Shown piece after piece: positions 20,424 through 29,071 of a stretch of 64,000 nt of DNA. The notes below the pieces were generated by a model. It did no database searches, was not told where the DNA came from, and saw only the letters and a list, made by a program, of their open reading frames with translations. Each line of letters opens with the position of its first letter. Position 1 is the first letter of the stretch. The DNA lies in NCBI GenBank assembly GCA_018265615.1, contig JABLYX010000019.1:13165-77164 (forward strand), written 5' to 3'. A program made the position numbers and the translations under genes. Origin of the DNA: Lentisphaeria bacterium. GTDB lineage: Bacteria; Verrucomicrobiota; Lentisphaeria; Victivallales; Victivallaceae.

Positions 20424-21422
20424 ATGAACATGTTTTATAAACCGGATGAAAGCCGCTATTCGGCCATGAGCTTCCGCCGCTGCGGAAAAAGCGGACTGAA
20501 GCTCCCGGCCGTCTCTCTCGGGCTCTGGCACAACTTCGGCAGCGCCGACGTCTACGACAACGCCCGCGCGATGGCGCAGACCGCCTTCGACCTCGGCATC
20601 ACGCACTTCGACCTCGCGAACAACTACGGGCCGGAACCGGGCTCGGCGGAGATCACCTTCGGCCGCATCCTGAAACAGGACCTCGCGCCGTTCCGCGACG
20701 AGCTCGTGATTTCGAGCAAGGCCGGCTATACGATGTGGCCCGGACCGTACGGCGACTGGGGTTCGCGCAAATACCTCGTCGCAAGCTGCGAACAGAGCTT
20801 GAAGCGCATGAACCTGGAATATGTGGACATCTTCTACCACCACCGCTACGATCCCGAGACCCCGATCGAGGAGTCGATGGGGGCGCTCGACCATCTTGTG
20901 CGCTCCGGCAAGGCGCTCTACGCCGGGATATCGAACTATCCGCCGGAAAAAGCCGCCGAAGCGTTCCGGATCCTGCGCGAGCTCGGCACGCCGTGCGTGC
21001 TGCACCAGATCCCGTACAACATGCTGAACCGCTCGCACGAGCAGCAGGGCTCGTTCCGGCTCCTCGAAAAGGAGGGCGTCGGCGGCATCGTCTTTTCGCC
21101 GCTCGCGCAGGGACTCCTGACGAACCGCTATCTCGAGGGAATTCCGAAGGATTCGCGGGTCATGCGCAACGGGTTCCTCAAGAAGGAGGCGCTGACCCCC
21201 GCCGTGCTTGCGAAGATCGGCAAGCTCAACGCGGTCGCGTCCGGCCGCGGCCAGACACTGGCCGAAATGGCGATCGCCTGGCTGCTGAACCGCCCCGGCG
21301 TAACCTCGGCCCTGATCGGCGCGAGCCGGCCGGAGCAGATCCGCGACGTCGTCGCGGGGCTCGGGAAGCTCGACTTCCCGACGAACGAGCTCGTGCACAT
21401 CGACGCGATCCTCGCGGAGTAG
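20424..21422 (+). CDS. Aldo/keto reductase (L-glyceraldehyde-3-phosphate reductase YghZ/Gpr-like)
   Basis: AKR motifs (GITHFDLANNYG, ISSKAG, NYPPEKAAEAFRIL, IVFSPLAQGLLT). Confidence 0.85.
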   Translation: MNMFYKPDESRYSAMSFRRCGKSGLKLPAVSLGLWHNFGSADVYDNARAMAQTAFDLGITHFDLANNYGPEPGSAEITFGRILKQDLAPFRDELVISSKAGYTMWPGPYGDWGSRKYLVASCEQSLKRMNLEYVDIFYHHRYDPETPIEESMGALDHLVRSGKALYAGISNYPPEKAAEAFRILRELGTPCVLHQIPYNMLNRSHEQQGSFRLLEKEGVGGIVFSPLAQGLLTNRYLEGIPKDSRVMRNGFLKKEALTPAVLAKIGKLNAVASGRGQTLAEMAIAWLLNRPGVTSALIGASRPEQIRDVVAGLGKLDFPTNELVHIDAILAE

Positions 21423-21429
21423 CGTTCTC

Positions 21430-22293
21430 ATGCGCGGCATATTCGCACTCATCCTGTGCCTGCTGCCGGTCATCGCGCAGGCGCTCTCCTGCGCCGTGTG
21501 CGGCCGGGAGATCAAAGGGCAGTACCTGCGCTCCGGCGGCAGGGTCCTCTGCTCCGGGGAGTGCTGGGAGAAGCTCCTGCCGCACTGCTCCCTCTGCGAC
21601 GCGCCGCTGGCCGGACGGTACCTGATGTTCAAATCCGGCGGGGAGAAGCATCTGTACTGCCTGAAGTGCTCGGAGCTGCCGCGCTGCTTCTCCTGCGATC
21701 TGCCGACAGACGGCAGAGCGCTCCCCGACGGCCGCGTCTTCTGCCGCGCCTGTTCGAAGGACGCGGTCACGGATCAGGGGGAAGCTGAAACGCTCTACCG
21801 GCAGGCGGAGGCCGATGCGTTCCGGATCATCGGCTCCTCCGGGTGCGGCCGCACCCGGTTCGTCCTCTGCGACCTCGAAACCCTGAATCACGGGCGCAAA
21901 GTCGAAAAGGGGGAGAAATTCGAGCTCGGGCGCTGCCAGTATGAGTACCGGACCCGGGGCCTCCCCGGCCGCCCCCCGAAAACCGTTTCGGAGAAATGCA
22001 CGGTCTACATCCTCGACTCGCTCCCGAAGGCCCAGTTCATCGAGGTCGCCGCGCACGAGGCCGCGCACGACTGGCTGAACCACCATACAAAGGATGTTCC
22101 CCCGCTCTGGAACGAGGGGTTTGCGGAATATATCGCAAGCCTTGTGAACAAACAACACGGGAACAGCTCACGGAACCTGCGCATGGAGGAGAATGAAGAC
22201 CCCGTCTATGGCGCCGGCTACCGCACGGTCCGCGACTACGCCGAAAAGCACGGCTTTGCCGCCCTGCTCGCCCGGCTGAAAGGGAAGTGGTGA
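21430..22293 (+). CDS. Secreted protein with two LIM-like double zinc fingers fused to a DA1-like HExxH metallopeptidase domain
   Basis: Signal peptide; four C-x2-C...C/H-x2-C units (CAVC...CSGEC, CSLC...CLKC, CFSC...CRAC); C-terminal HEAAHDWL...EGFAEY resembling the DA1-like peptidase HEMMHAWL motif. Confidence 0.55.
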   Translation: MRGIFALILCLLPVIAQALSCAVCGREIKGQYLRSGGRVLCSGECWEKLLPHCSLCDAPLAGRYLMFKSGGEKHLYCLKCSELPRCFSCDLPTDGRALPDGRVFCRACSKDAVTDQGEAETLYRQAEADAFRIIGSSGCGRTRFVLCDLETLNHGRKVEKGEKFELGRCQYEYRTRGLPGRPPKTVSEKCTVYILDSLPKAQFIEVAAHEAAHDWLNHHTKDVPPLWNEGFAEYIASLVNKQHGNSSRNLRMEENEDPVYGAGYRTVRDYAEKHGFAALLARLKGKW

Positions 22294-22299
22294 AAAGCA

Positions 22300-22330
22300 G
22301 GTGACGGCGGCCGCAACGGCCGCCGTCACC
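22300..22330. terminator. Perfect 13-bp GC-rich hairpin between convergent genes (bidirectional terminator)
   Basis: ggtgacggcggccg-caac-cggccgccgtcacc; on the minus strand it is followed by UGCUUUUCA. Confidence 0.55.
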
Positions 22331-22359
22331 TGTAATCGCAGCTGTCCCGGCCGGACCGG

Positions 22360-22458
22360 TTACTCTCCGCGTTTCGCGCGCTTCTCGGCGCGCTTTTCCT
22401 TCAGAGTTTTGGCAGGGGCCTTCTTGACATCTTTCTTCACATCGTGACTTTTGCTCAT
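22360..22458 (-). CDS. Small (32-aa) highly basic lysine-rich protein, unknown function
   Basis: Found by manual translation: MSKSHDVKKDVKKAPAKTLKEKRAEKRAKRGE*. A consensus AGGAGG RBS sits 6 nt upstream of the ATG. It is below the ORF-track length cut-off. Confidence 0.45.
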   Translation of the reverse strand: MSKSHDVKKDVKKAPAKTLKEKRAEKRAKRGE

Positions 22459-22512
22459 GGAACACCTCCTTCTGGTTTCTGAACGAACATTACTAAGATA
22501 CCACCGTCTCCG

Positions 22513-22625
22513 GCAATGTCAAGCGTTCATCGCCTGAAATGCGCCGCAACAGCCGCAAACCGGATGAATATCACATCAACCCTCCCGGCAATGTCGCGTT
22601 CACCGTCAGAAATGCGATGTAACAG
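22513..22625. repeat. Imperfect ~50-bp direct repeat: the 3' end of the antiporter gene is duplicated just downstream of its stop codon
   Basis: ccggcaatgtcaagcgttcatcgcctgaaatgcgccgcaacagccgcaaa versus cccggcaatgtcgcgttcaccgtcagaaatgcgatgtaacagccgtaaa. The second copy encodes the antiporter C-terminus ...FLTVNATLPGGLM*. Confidence 0.45.
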
Positions 22626-23533
22626 CCGTAAAGCAGCAGCAGCAGCGCGCCCTCCCGGCGAACCACCCTTCTGCCGGTCATCATGAACGGCAGCAGCAAA
22701 ACCGTCGAAAACAGCAGGACGCCCCAGTCGACCGCCGAGATTCCGGCGGCGGAAACCGGCCGGATCAGCGGCGCAACGCCCATGATCCCGAGCGTATTGA
22801 ACATGTTCGAACCGACCACGTTGCCGACCGCGATATCCTGCTCCCCGCGGCAGGCGGCGACGATGCTTGTCGCAAGCTCCGGCAGGCTGGTTCCGACCGC
22901 GACGATCGTAAGGCCGATCACAGCTTCGGAGAGACCGGCCATGCGGCCGAGCCCGACCGCGCCGTCCACCATGAGTTTCCCGCCGAGCACCAGCGCGGCG
23001 AGCCCGCCGAGCACAAGGAGGATGCTGAGCCAGAACGGCCGCGCCTTCGTCTGCGTGGCTTCCTCCGGCGGCGGCGCGTTCATGCGCTTCTCCATGCGGA
23101 TGTTCACAAGGAGGTACGCGATGAGCCCGGCGAAGAAAATCCCCCCGGTGATCCGGCTGAAGCCGCCGAGGAGACACCCGGCCGCCGCCATGGCCACGGT
23201 CGCGCCGATCAGGATCGGCATATCGAACCTTATGACCTTGCGGTGCACGGCAAGCGGCGTAATCACCGCCGAAAGGCCGAGAATCAGCGCAATGTTGCAG
23301 ATATTCGAACCGACCACGTTGCCGATGCTGATGTCCCCGGAGCCGGCAAGCGCGGCCTGCACGCTGACCACAAGCTCCGGCGCACTTGTGGCAAACGCGA
23401 CCAGCGTAAGCCCGATGATGAGCGGGGAAACACCGAAGCCGGCCGCGATCGACACGCCGCCCCTGACCAGGAATTCCGCTCCGAAATAGAGCAATACAAC
23501 GCCGGCGGCAAGCAGGAGAATGATGGTAAGCAT
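22571..23533 (-). CDS. Ca2+/cation antiporter (CaCA / YrbG family)
   Basis: Two alpha-repeat regions (GNVVGSNICNIALILG and GNVVGSNMFNTLGIMG), ~10 TM helices. The tracked ORF begins with a non-ATG start 9 codons upstream; the ATG at MLTIILLLAAG is preferred here. Confidence 0.8.
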   Translation of the reverse strand: MLTIILLLAAGVVLLYFGAEFLVRGGVSIAAGFGVSPLIIGLTLVAFATSAPELVVSVQAALAGSGDISIGNVVGSNICNIALILGLSAVITPLAVHRKVIRFDMPILIGATVAMAAAGCLLGGFSRITGGIFFAGLIAYLLVNIRMEKRMNAPPPEEATQTKARPFWLSILLVLGGLAALVLGGKLMVDGAVGLGRMAGLSEAVIGLTIVAVGTSLPELATSIVAACRGEQDIAVGNVVGSNMFNTLGIMGVAPLIRPVSAAGISAVDWGVLLFSTVLLLPFMMTGRRVVRREGALLLLLYGCYIAFLTVNATLPGGLM

Positions 23534-23534
23534 A

Positions 23535-24158
23535 TCAGAACTCCGCCGCGAGCGCCGCAATCTCCGCGCGGGCGGCCGCTTCGTTCTTTGCGAGAAGCTC
23601 TCTGCCGAGGTTCGTCCCCTCGAGCGAAATGAACTCCGCGTCGAGCCCGTTGAATTCCGCCCAGAAGCGGAGATAGGGCCGCAGATGATCGAGCTTCTGC
23701 GCCTCCGGCGTGTCGTAAACGCTCCCTGCCGCGCAGAGAAAGAGCGCCTTTTTCCCGCCGAGCAGCGGAAGATACCCCTTCTCCGGATCGACGCCGAAGC
23801 TCCAGCCCGCCTGCGTGACCCGGTCGATCCACTGCTTCAGGAAACAGGGCATGGAGAAGTTCCACATCGGCGTGCTCAGCACGAGGCGGTCGGCCCTCTT
23901 CAGCTGTTCGAACGAGACGCGCGCGGCGTTCCACTCGCCCGCCTCGGCGCCGTCGAGCGCGATGCCGCGTCCGGACTTGAACTTCGCCGCCGCGCCGGCC
24001 TCCCCGAAGCGCGGCTGCCGGACCGCGCCGATGTCGATCTCCTCGATGGTGTAATCCGGATTCCGTTTCAGGAACGCGGCGATGAACTCTTTCGCGAGCC
24101 GCCGCGAATGCGAACGTTCGAGCCGCGGGGAAACCGCGACATGCAACAGGGTCTTCAT
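23535..24158 (-). CDS. FMN-dependent NAD(P)H azoreductase/quinone reductase (flavodoxin-like fold)
   Basis: MKTLLHVAVSPR...STPMWNFSMP. This is the AzoR/ACP-phosphodiesterase-like family pattern. Start set at the internal ATG with an AGGAGA RBS. Confidence 0.7.
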   Translation of the reverse strand: MKTLLHVAVSPRLERSHSRRLAKEFIAAFLKRNPDYTIEEIDIGAVRQPRFGEAGAAAKFKSGRGIALDGAEAGEWNAARVSFEQLKRADRLVLSTPMWNFSMPCFLKQWIDRVTQAGWSFGVDPEKGYLPLLGGKKALFLCAAGSVYDTPEAQKLDHLRPYLRFWAEFNGLDAEFISLEGTNLGRELLAKNEAAARAEIAALAAEF

Positions 24159-24281
24159 GATTCGATTGCCTCTCCTTGTTGAATGGGAACCAACCAAGTA
24201 TACCACAAATCCGGGAAAATTCAATCGCCGGGGATGGCAATTTCGGAAGATCGAAGTATATTATGCATCACACCGGAGAGC

Positions 24282-25784
24282 ATGAGGCTCCCCGGTTCGA
24301 AGACGCTCTTCATGCCGAACCGTATTTTTTCTAAAATTCCCGGCTATTTCAGCCGCCGCCAGTTCTTTGAACCGGGCGGGTACCGTGAAATCTGGAAGAT
24401 CGCGTGGCCGCTCGTCGTCCTGAACGCGAGCAACACGGTCATGATGATCACGAACCGCGTGTTCATCGCGCAGAGCTCCTCCGAGGAGATCGCCGCGGCG
24501 ATGCCGGCCGGGCAGATGTTCTTCACGCTGATGGCGTTCTTCCTCATCACCACAAGCTTCACGGCGACAATCGTGGCGCAGTACCACGGCTCGCGCGACA
24601 GCGCGGGGTGCGTCCGCGCGGCGTGGAACGGCTTCTACTTCGGCACGGCGGTCGCGGCGCTGCTCGCGTTCCTGCTCCCGGCGGGCGGTTTCTGGATCAT
24701 CATGCACAACGGCCACTCCCCGCTCATCGCGATGCACGAGGCGGATTACTTCGTCGCGATGGCGCCGTGCGCGGGCTTCACCTGCATGGAGACCGCGCTG
24801 CTCTCGTTCTTCACGGGGCGCGGCAAAACCGCGCTCGTGGCGGGGATCAAAGTCACGGGGTGCATCGTCAGCATTCCCCTGAACTACATCCTGATCTTCG
24901 GTAAATTCGGGCTGCCCGCGCTCGGCATCCTCGGCGCGGGGCTGGCGAACTCGTTCGCGAACCTGTGCACGCTGCTCATCGCGATGGCGTTCTTCCTTTC
25001 GGTACGGCAGTCGGAGTATCCGACCCGGAGCAATAAGAAGCTCGAATGGAAGTTCATCTCCAAGCTCCTGCGGTTCGGAATGCCCGCCGGATTCCAGACC
25101 TTCCTGCGCAACGCGGCCTTCGCGGTCGTGGTCATGATGATCGGCAAGCTCGGCGACGAAGAGCTTGCCGCGACCAGCATCGCACTTTCGATCAACATGA
25201 TCGGCAACATGCCGATGATCGGGCTCATGGATGCGACCAGCGTGATCACCGGGCAGTACATCGGCCGGCGGAGGCTGCTGGTCGTCGAACACATCTCCGG
25301 GCGCTCGTGGCGGATGCTGATGTGCTGGACGCTGACGATGGGGATCCTCTACGTGCTCGCGCCGGAACTCCTGATCAGGCTCTTCGGCTCGCGCAATTCA
25401 AGCTCGGCGACGATGAACATGCCGGAGGTTATCGATTATGCGGTCACGGTCCTGCGCTACGCGGCGGTCTTCAACATCCTCGACGCGACCCGGTTCATCG
25501 CGATGGGCAGCCTGCGCGGAGCGGGCGACACGACCGTGCCGCTCTGGATCGGCATGGCGACCTCGTGGCTGATCCAGATTCCGGGAACCGTGCTGCTGGT
25601 CTATGTGTTCCATGCGAGCATCGGCGCGGTCTGGGCGCTCATCACGTTCTATATCGCGGTCGACGCCGCGCTGATGGTCTGGCGCCGGCGCTCCGGCGCG
25701 TGGAAGAAAATCAAGCTCATCGACCTGCCGCCCGCCTCGCCCGAAAAAGAGCTGCGCGAATATCCGGAGGACGCTCTGACATGA
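24282..25784 (+). CDS. MATE-family efflux transporter
   Basis: 12-TM MATE topology with duplicated halves. The start is uncertain among several in-frame Met codons at 24282-24312. Confidence 0.8.
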   Translation: MRLPGSKTLFMPNRIFSKIPGYFSRRQFFEPGGYREIWKIAWPLVVLNASNTVMMITNRVFIAQSSSEEIAAAMPAGQMFFTLMAFFLITTSFTATIVAQYHGSRDSAGCVRAAWNGFYFGTAVAALLAFLLPAGGFWIIMHNGHSPLIAMHEADYFVAMAPCAGFTCMETALLSFFTGRGKTALVAGIKVTGCIVSIPLNYILIFGKFGLPALGILGAGLANSFANLCTLLIAMAFFLSVRQSEYPTRSNKKLEWKFISKLLRFGMPAGFQTFLRNAAFAVVVMMIGKLGDEELAATSIALSINMIGNMPMIGLMDATSVITGQYIGRRRLLVVEHISGRSWRMLMCWTLTMGILYVLAPELLIRLFGSRNSSSATMNMPEVIDYAVTVLRYAAVFNILDATRFIAMGSLRGAGDTTVPLWIGMATSWLIQIPGTVLLVYVFHASIGAVWALITFYIAVDAALMVWRRRSGAWKKIKLIDLPPASPEKELREYPEDALT

Positions 25785-27088
25785 TCCGCAAACAGCCCCT
25801 GACCGCCGCGCAGCGCGAAGCGTCGCAGCATAATTACAACATCTTCAGCCTCATCAACGGGCTCTCCTACATGTGCCTCGGAGAGACGGTGCTGATCCTG
25901 CTCGCGGTGCGGCTCGGCTGCCCGGACTACATCGTTTCGACGCTCGGGGCGATGATCTATTTCGGCTTCCTGCTGCTGCCGCTCGGAAAAATCGTCACGG
26001 CCCGGACCGGGGCCGCCCGCAGCCAGTCGATCTTCTGGGTCGCGCGGAACGCGGCGGCGCTGCTGGTCGCCGGAGCCGCGCTCGTGAGCCTTGCCGGCTT
26101 CCGCGAAACGGCGATGGGGCTGCTGCTGATCGGGGCGTTCTTCTTCTACGGCTTCCGCGCGGCGGGCGTCGTGATGTCGCAGCCGCTGGTCGGAAACATC
26201 ACAACCGACGCCGACCGCGGCAGGGTCATCGGCATCAGCACAGGACTCTTCTACGTCTCCTGCCTCGTGGCGCTCGTGACGATCAGCCTGCTGCTGAAGC
26301 TCAGCGACAGCCTCGGGATGCTGACCGGGATCATCGTCACCGGCGCGCTGTGCGGCTTCACCTCGTCGCGCTTCATCAACCGCATCGACGAGACCGAAAG
26401 CATCCGCGACTCGGCCCGGAAGCCGATCGGCGGGGAGTTCCGCAAGGTGCTGCGCGACAAATCGCTGCTGCGGCTGCTCGCGGCCGGCTTCTCGATCAAC
26501 CTCGCGGTCATCATGCTGATCCCGATTTCGATGCTCGCGCTGAAGCGCGGCTGCGGAGTCAGCGACACGGAGGCATTGCTTTACGCGCTCGTCCAGTTCG
26601 GCGCAAGCGCGGTCGCGTCGTTCCTGTCGGGGAAGGTCGCCAATACGATCGGCCCGCGCAAAACGATGCTCTACGCCTACACGCTGCTGCTCGCGGCCGG
26701 CGCGGTCTGGCTCGTTGCCCCGGCGCAGTTCAACCCGTACTATATGATCCTGCCGTTCCTGATCGCGGGGAGCACGTACATCGGAACCACGAACTCGGTC
26801 ACGCACTATTTCCTGCAGACCGTCCCGGAGGAACGCCGCGTGGCAAGCTCGATGTTCATCGCCGTCATCAACGGCGCGGGCGCGGGCATCATCGGCATGC
26901 TGCTGGCCGGGACGCTGCTCGACTTCAGCGCCGGGTTCGCGCCGGAGGGGAACGCGCTTTACGGCTACCGGATCTACTTCGCGGTTTCGACGCTCCTGCT
27001 CTCCGCCGGGGTGTGGGTCATCGGCCGCCTTGCGCCGCTCCCGCTCGAAAAGCGGAAGATCAAAAAGAGCTGGAACGAAACCGTCTGA
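25781..27088 (+). CDS. MFS transporter
   Basis: 436 aa, 12 TM helices. Its ATG overlaps the MATE stop in an ATGA arrangement, which implies translational coupling. Confidence 0.75.
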   Translation: MIRKQPLTAAQREASQHNYNIFSLINGLSYMCLGETVLILLAVRLGCPDYIVSTLGAMIYFGFLLLPLGKIVTARTGAARSQSIFWVARNAAALLVAGAALVSLAGFRETAMGLLLIGAFFFYGFRAAGVVMSQPLVGNITTDADRGRVIGISTGLFYVSCLVALVTISLLLKLSDSLGMLTGIIVTGALCGFTSSRFINRIDETESIRDSARKPIGGEFRKVLRDKSLLRLLAAGFSINLAVIMLIPISMLALKRGCGVSDTEALLYALVQFGASAVASFLSGKVANTIGPRKTMLYAYTLLLAAGAVWLVAPAQFNPYYMILPFLIAGSTYIGTTNSVTHYFLQTVPEERRVASSMFIAVINGAGAGIIGMLLAGTLLDFSAGFAPEGNALYGYRIYFAVSTLLLSAGVWVIGRLAPLPLEKRKIKKSWNETV

Positions 27089-27091
27089 GCC

Positions 27092-27556
27092 TCACCGGCG
27101 GCCGGGAGCCGCAGGGAGGCCCTTCTCGAACGCCTCCTGGTATTTGACCGAGGTTTCGACCAGCGCCTCGAGCTCGGCGGCGGAGAGCGCCTCCATCGCT
27201 GCGATTTCAAACGAAGTCACCTCGTCGAGCACCTCCGAAGCGAACGCCCGCCCTTCCCCGGTCAGGGTCACGATCTTGCGGCGGCGGTCGGTTTCATGCG
27301 GCGTGCGGCAGAGATATCCGCGCTTCTCGAGCTGGTCGAGCGTGACGGTCATGGTCTGCCGCAGCATGTTCACCTGGTCCGCGAGGACCGCCGGCTCATC
27401 GCCCTCCGGATTGCGCAGCAGGTGCTCAAGCACCCAGAGCGTATTGATGGAAATATCCCACTTCTTCAGCAGCCGGCAGTAGTTCCGGTCGAGCTTGTAC
27501 CAACTGTCCATGAACCGCCTGTGCTGGCGGATCGCATATGCCCTGTCAACATCCAT
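27092..27556 (-). CDS. MarR-family transcriptional regulator
   Basis: Winged-helix MarR core (INTLWVLEHL...LADQVNMLRQTMTVTLDQLEKRGYLCRTPHETDRRRKIVTLT). Confidence 0.8.
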   Translation of the reverse strand: MDVDRAYAIRQHRRFMDSWYKLDRNYCRLLKKWDISINTLWVLEHLLRNPEGDEPAVLADQVNMLRQTMTVTLDQLEKRGYLCRTPHETDRRRKIVTLTGEGRAFASEVLDEVTSFEIAAMEALSAAELEALVETSVKYQEAFEKGLPAAPGRR

Positions 27557-28868
27557 TCAGAACCCTCACGCTGCCCGCTTCGTACCGTCGCCGCAGGAAA
27601 AGCAGCAGCAGTCCGAAGAGGAAAACCCTTGAAACCGGCATCGCCGCCCAGACTCCGTCGAGCCCGAAGAACAGCGGCAGCACCAGCAGACACAACGGCA
27701 ATATACAGAAAGAATCGCCGTAAATCAAGACCGAAGCCGGAATAATCCGCCCCGAAGCCTGAAAATAAACGCTTCCGACCCGGACCACGCCGAGCAGCAG
27801 GAACGCCGAGGAGCCGATCAGGAGCCCGCGCGCGGCCTCCGCCGCCGCCTCCCCTTCGAGCCCCATGCTCCACGGCACGAAGCGGCAGGCGACCATGGAG
27901 CCGGCCATCATCACGATGCCGAGCAGAAATGCCGCCACCATGCCGTAGCTGCCGATCCGGTGCCCGCGCCTGCGGCGGCCGCCGCCGAAAAAATAGCTCA
28001 CGAGCGGCTGGATGCCGGCTCCCATGCCGGTCATGAGCATGGAACCCATCGATTCGACCGTGCTGATGACCGTGTACGCCGCCAGCGCCGCGACGCCGCC
28101 GTAGGCGAGGCTCTGCCAGTTGTGGAAGAACAGCATCGCGCCGATCGAGAGCTGATTGCCGAAGGTCGGGACTCCGAGCGTCAGAACCCGCAGGCAGCTT
28201 CGCGAAAAGCGCATCTCGGAGAACCGGACCCGCAGCCCCGCGTTTTTCGTGAAGAAGTAGCCGAGCGAACACGCCATCGCCATCCCCTGCGCCAGCACCG
28301 TCGCGACAGCCGCGCCGGTCACTCCCCAGCCGAGCACCATCATGAAGAAAGCGTCAAGCACAATGTTCGCAACCAGCCCGACCACGACGAGCCACATCGC
28401 CAGCACAGGCCGCCCGTCATTGCGGATCGCGGTCATGAGCCCCATCGCAACCATCTGCATGACGCCCGCGGCAAGCAGGATCGCCGTGTATGCGTATGCG
28501 TCCGGCAGCAGCTCCGCCGTCGCGCCGGAACCGGTCAGCAGCGGCCCGAGCACCGGGATGACGAGAAGCGGGAGCAGCCCCCCCGCCGCAAGCTCCATCA
28601 GCAGCATCCGGTTGAAGAAGCGGTTCGCTCCGGCGAGGTTCCCGCAGCCCCGCTCCTGCGAAATCATGATCCCCGCGCCGGTGCCGATCAGGTCGCCGAT
28701 GCCGTAGACCAGCATCACGACCGGAAACGCCAGCGTAATCGCCGCCAGCCCCTTCTCACCCGTCGTGATCCCGACGAAAAAGATGTCCACGATGCTGTAG
28801 ACCCCCGCAATCAGCATCCCCAGCATCGACGGGGTGATGTAACGGAAAAACAGCTTCAGGTCGCTCAT
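27546..28868 (-). CDS. MATE-family multidrug efflux transporter
   Basis: 440 aa, 12 TM helices, MATE N-terminal pattern (FFRYITPSMLGMLIAGVYSIVDIFFVG). Confidence 0.85.
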   Translation of the reverse strand: MSDLKLFFRYITPSMLGMLIAGVYSIVDIFFVGITTGEKGLAAITLAFPVVMLVYGIGDLIGTGAGIMISQERGCGNLAGANRFFNRMLLMELAAGGLLPLLVIPVLGPLLTGSGATAELLPDAYAYTAILLAAGVMQMVAMGLMTAIRNDGRPVLAMWLVVVGLVANIVLDAFFMMVLGWGVTGAAVATVLAQGMAMACSLGYFFTKNAGLRVRFSEMRFSRSCLRVLTLGVPTFGNQLSIGAMLFFHNWQSLAYGGVAALAAYTVISTVESMGSMLMTGMGAGIQPLVSYFFGGGRRRRGHRIGSYGMVAAFLLGIVMMAGSMVACRFVPWSMGLEGEAAAEAARGLLIGSSAFLLLGVVRVGSVYFQASGRIIPASVLIYGDSFCILPLCLLVLPLFFGLDGVWAAMPVSRVFLFGLLLLFLRRRYEAGSVRVLNGC

Positions 28869-29071
28869 ACGGTCCTCACGGCTCCTTTAAACAAGTCAAA
28901 TTATTGATTATATCGGTTTGTAATATAATCTGATTGATCATAAATTCAAGTATTATCAGGATGAAAATGCGGGAATTATTTTTTTTCGAAAATAAATTAT
29001 TCCGCTCTTGCTTTTTCATCGGTTCTGCATCATAATTAATTTACGAAAATAAATCACCGAAGGAGCCGAAA

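Noticed and set aside
19059-21770. 903-aa minus-strand ORF spanning the PHP-domain and aldo/keto-reductase genes
   Set aside because: It is antisense to two plus-strand genes with clear family motifs; its translation is low-complexity Arg/Ala/Pro/Gly-rich. Long stop-free antisense frames are expected at ~65% GC.
28869-29071. AT-rich 200-bp region between the MATE and lacI-family genes, inspected for LacI-type palindromic operators or mobile-element ends
   Set aside because: It contains only short palindromes (for example TGATCA) and no convincing 14-20-bp inverted repeat or terminal repeat pair; it is most simply a divergent promoter region.
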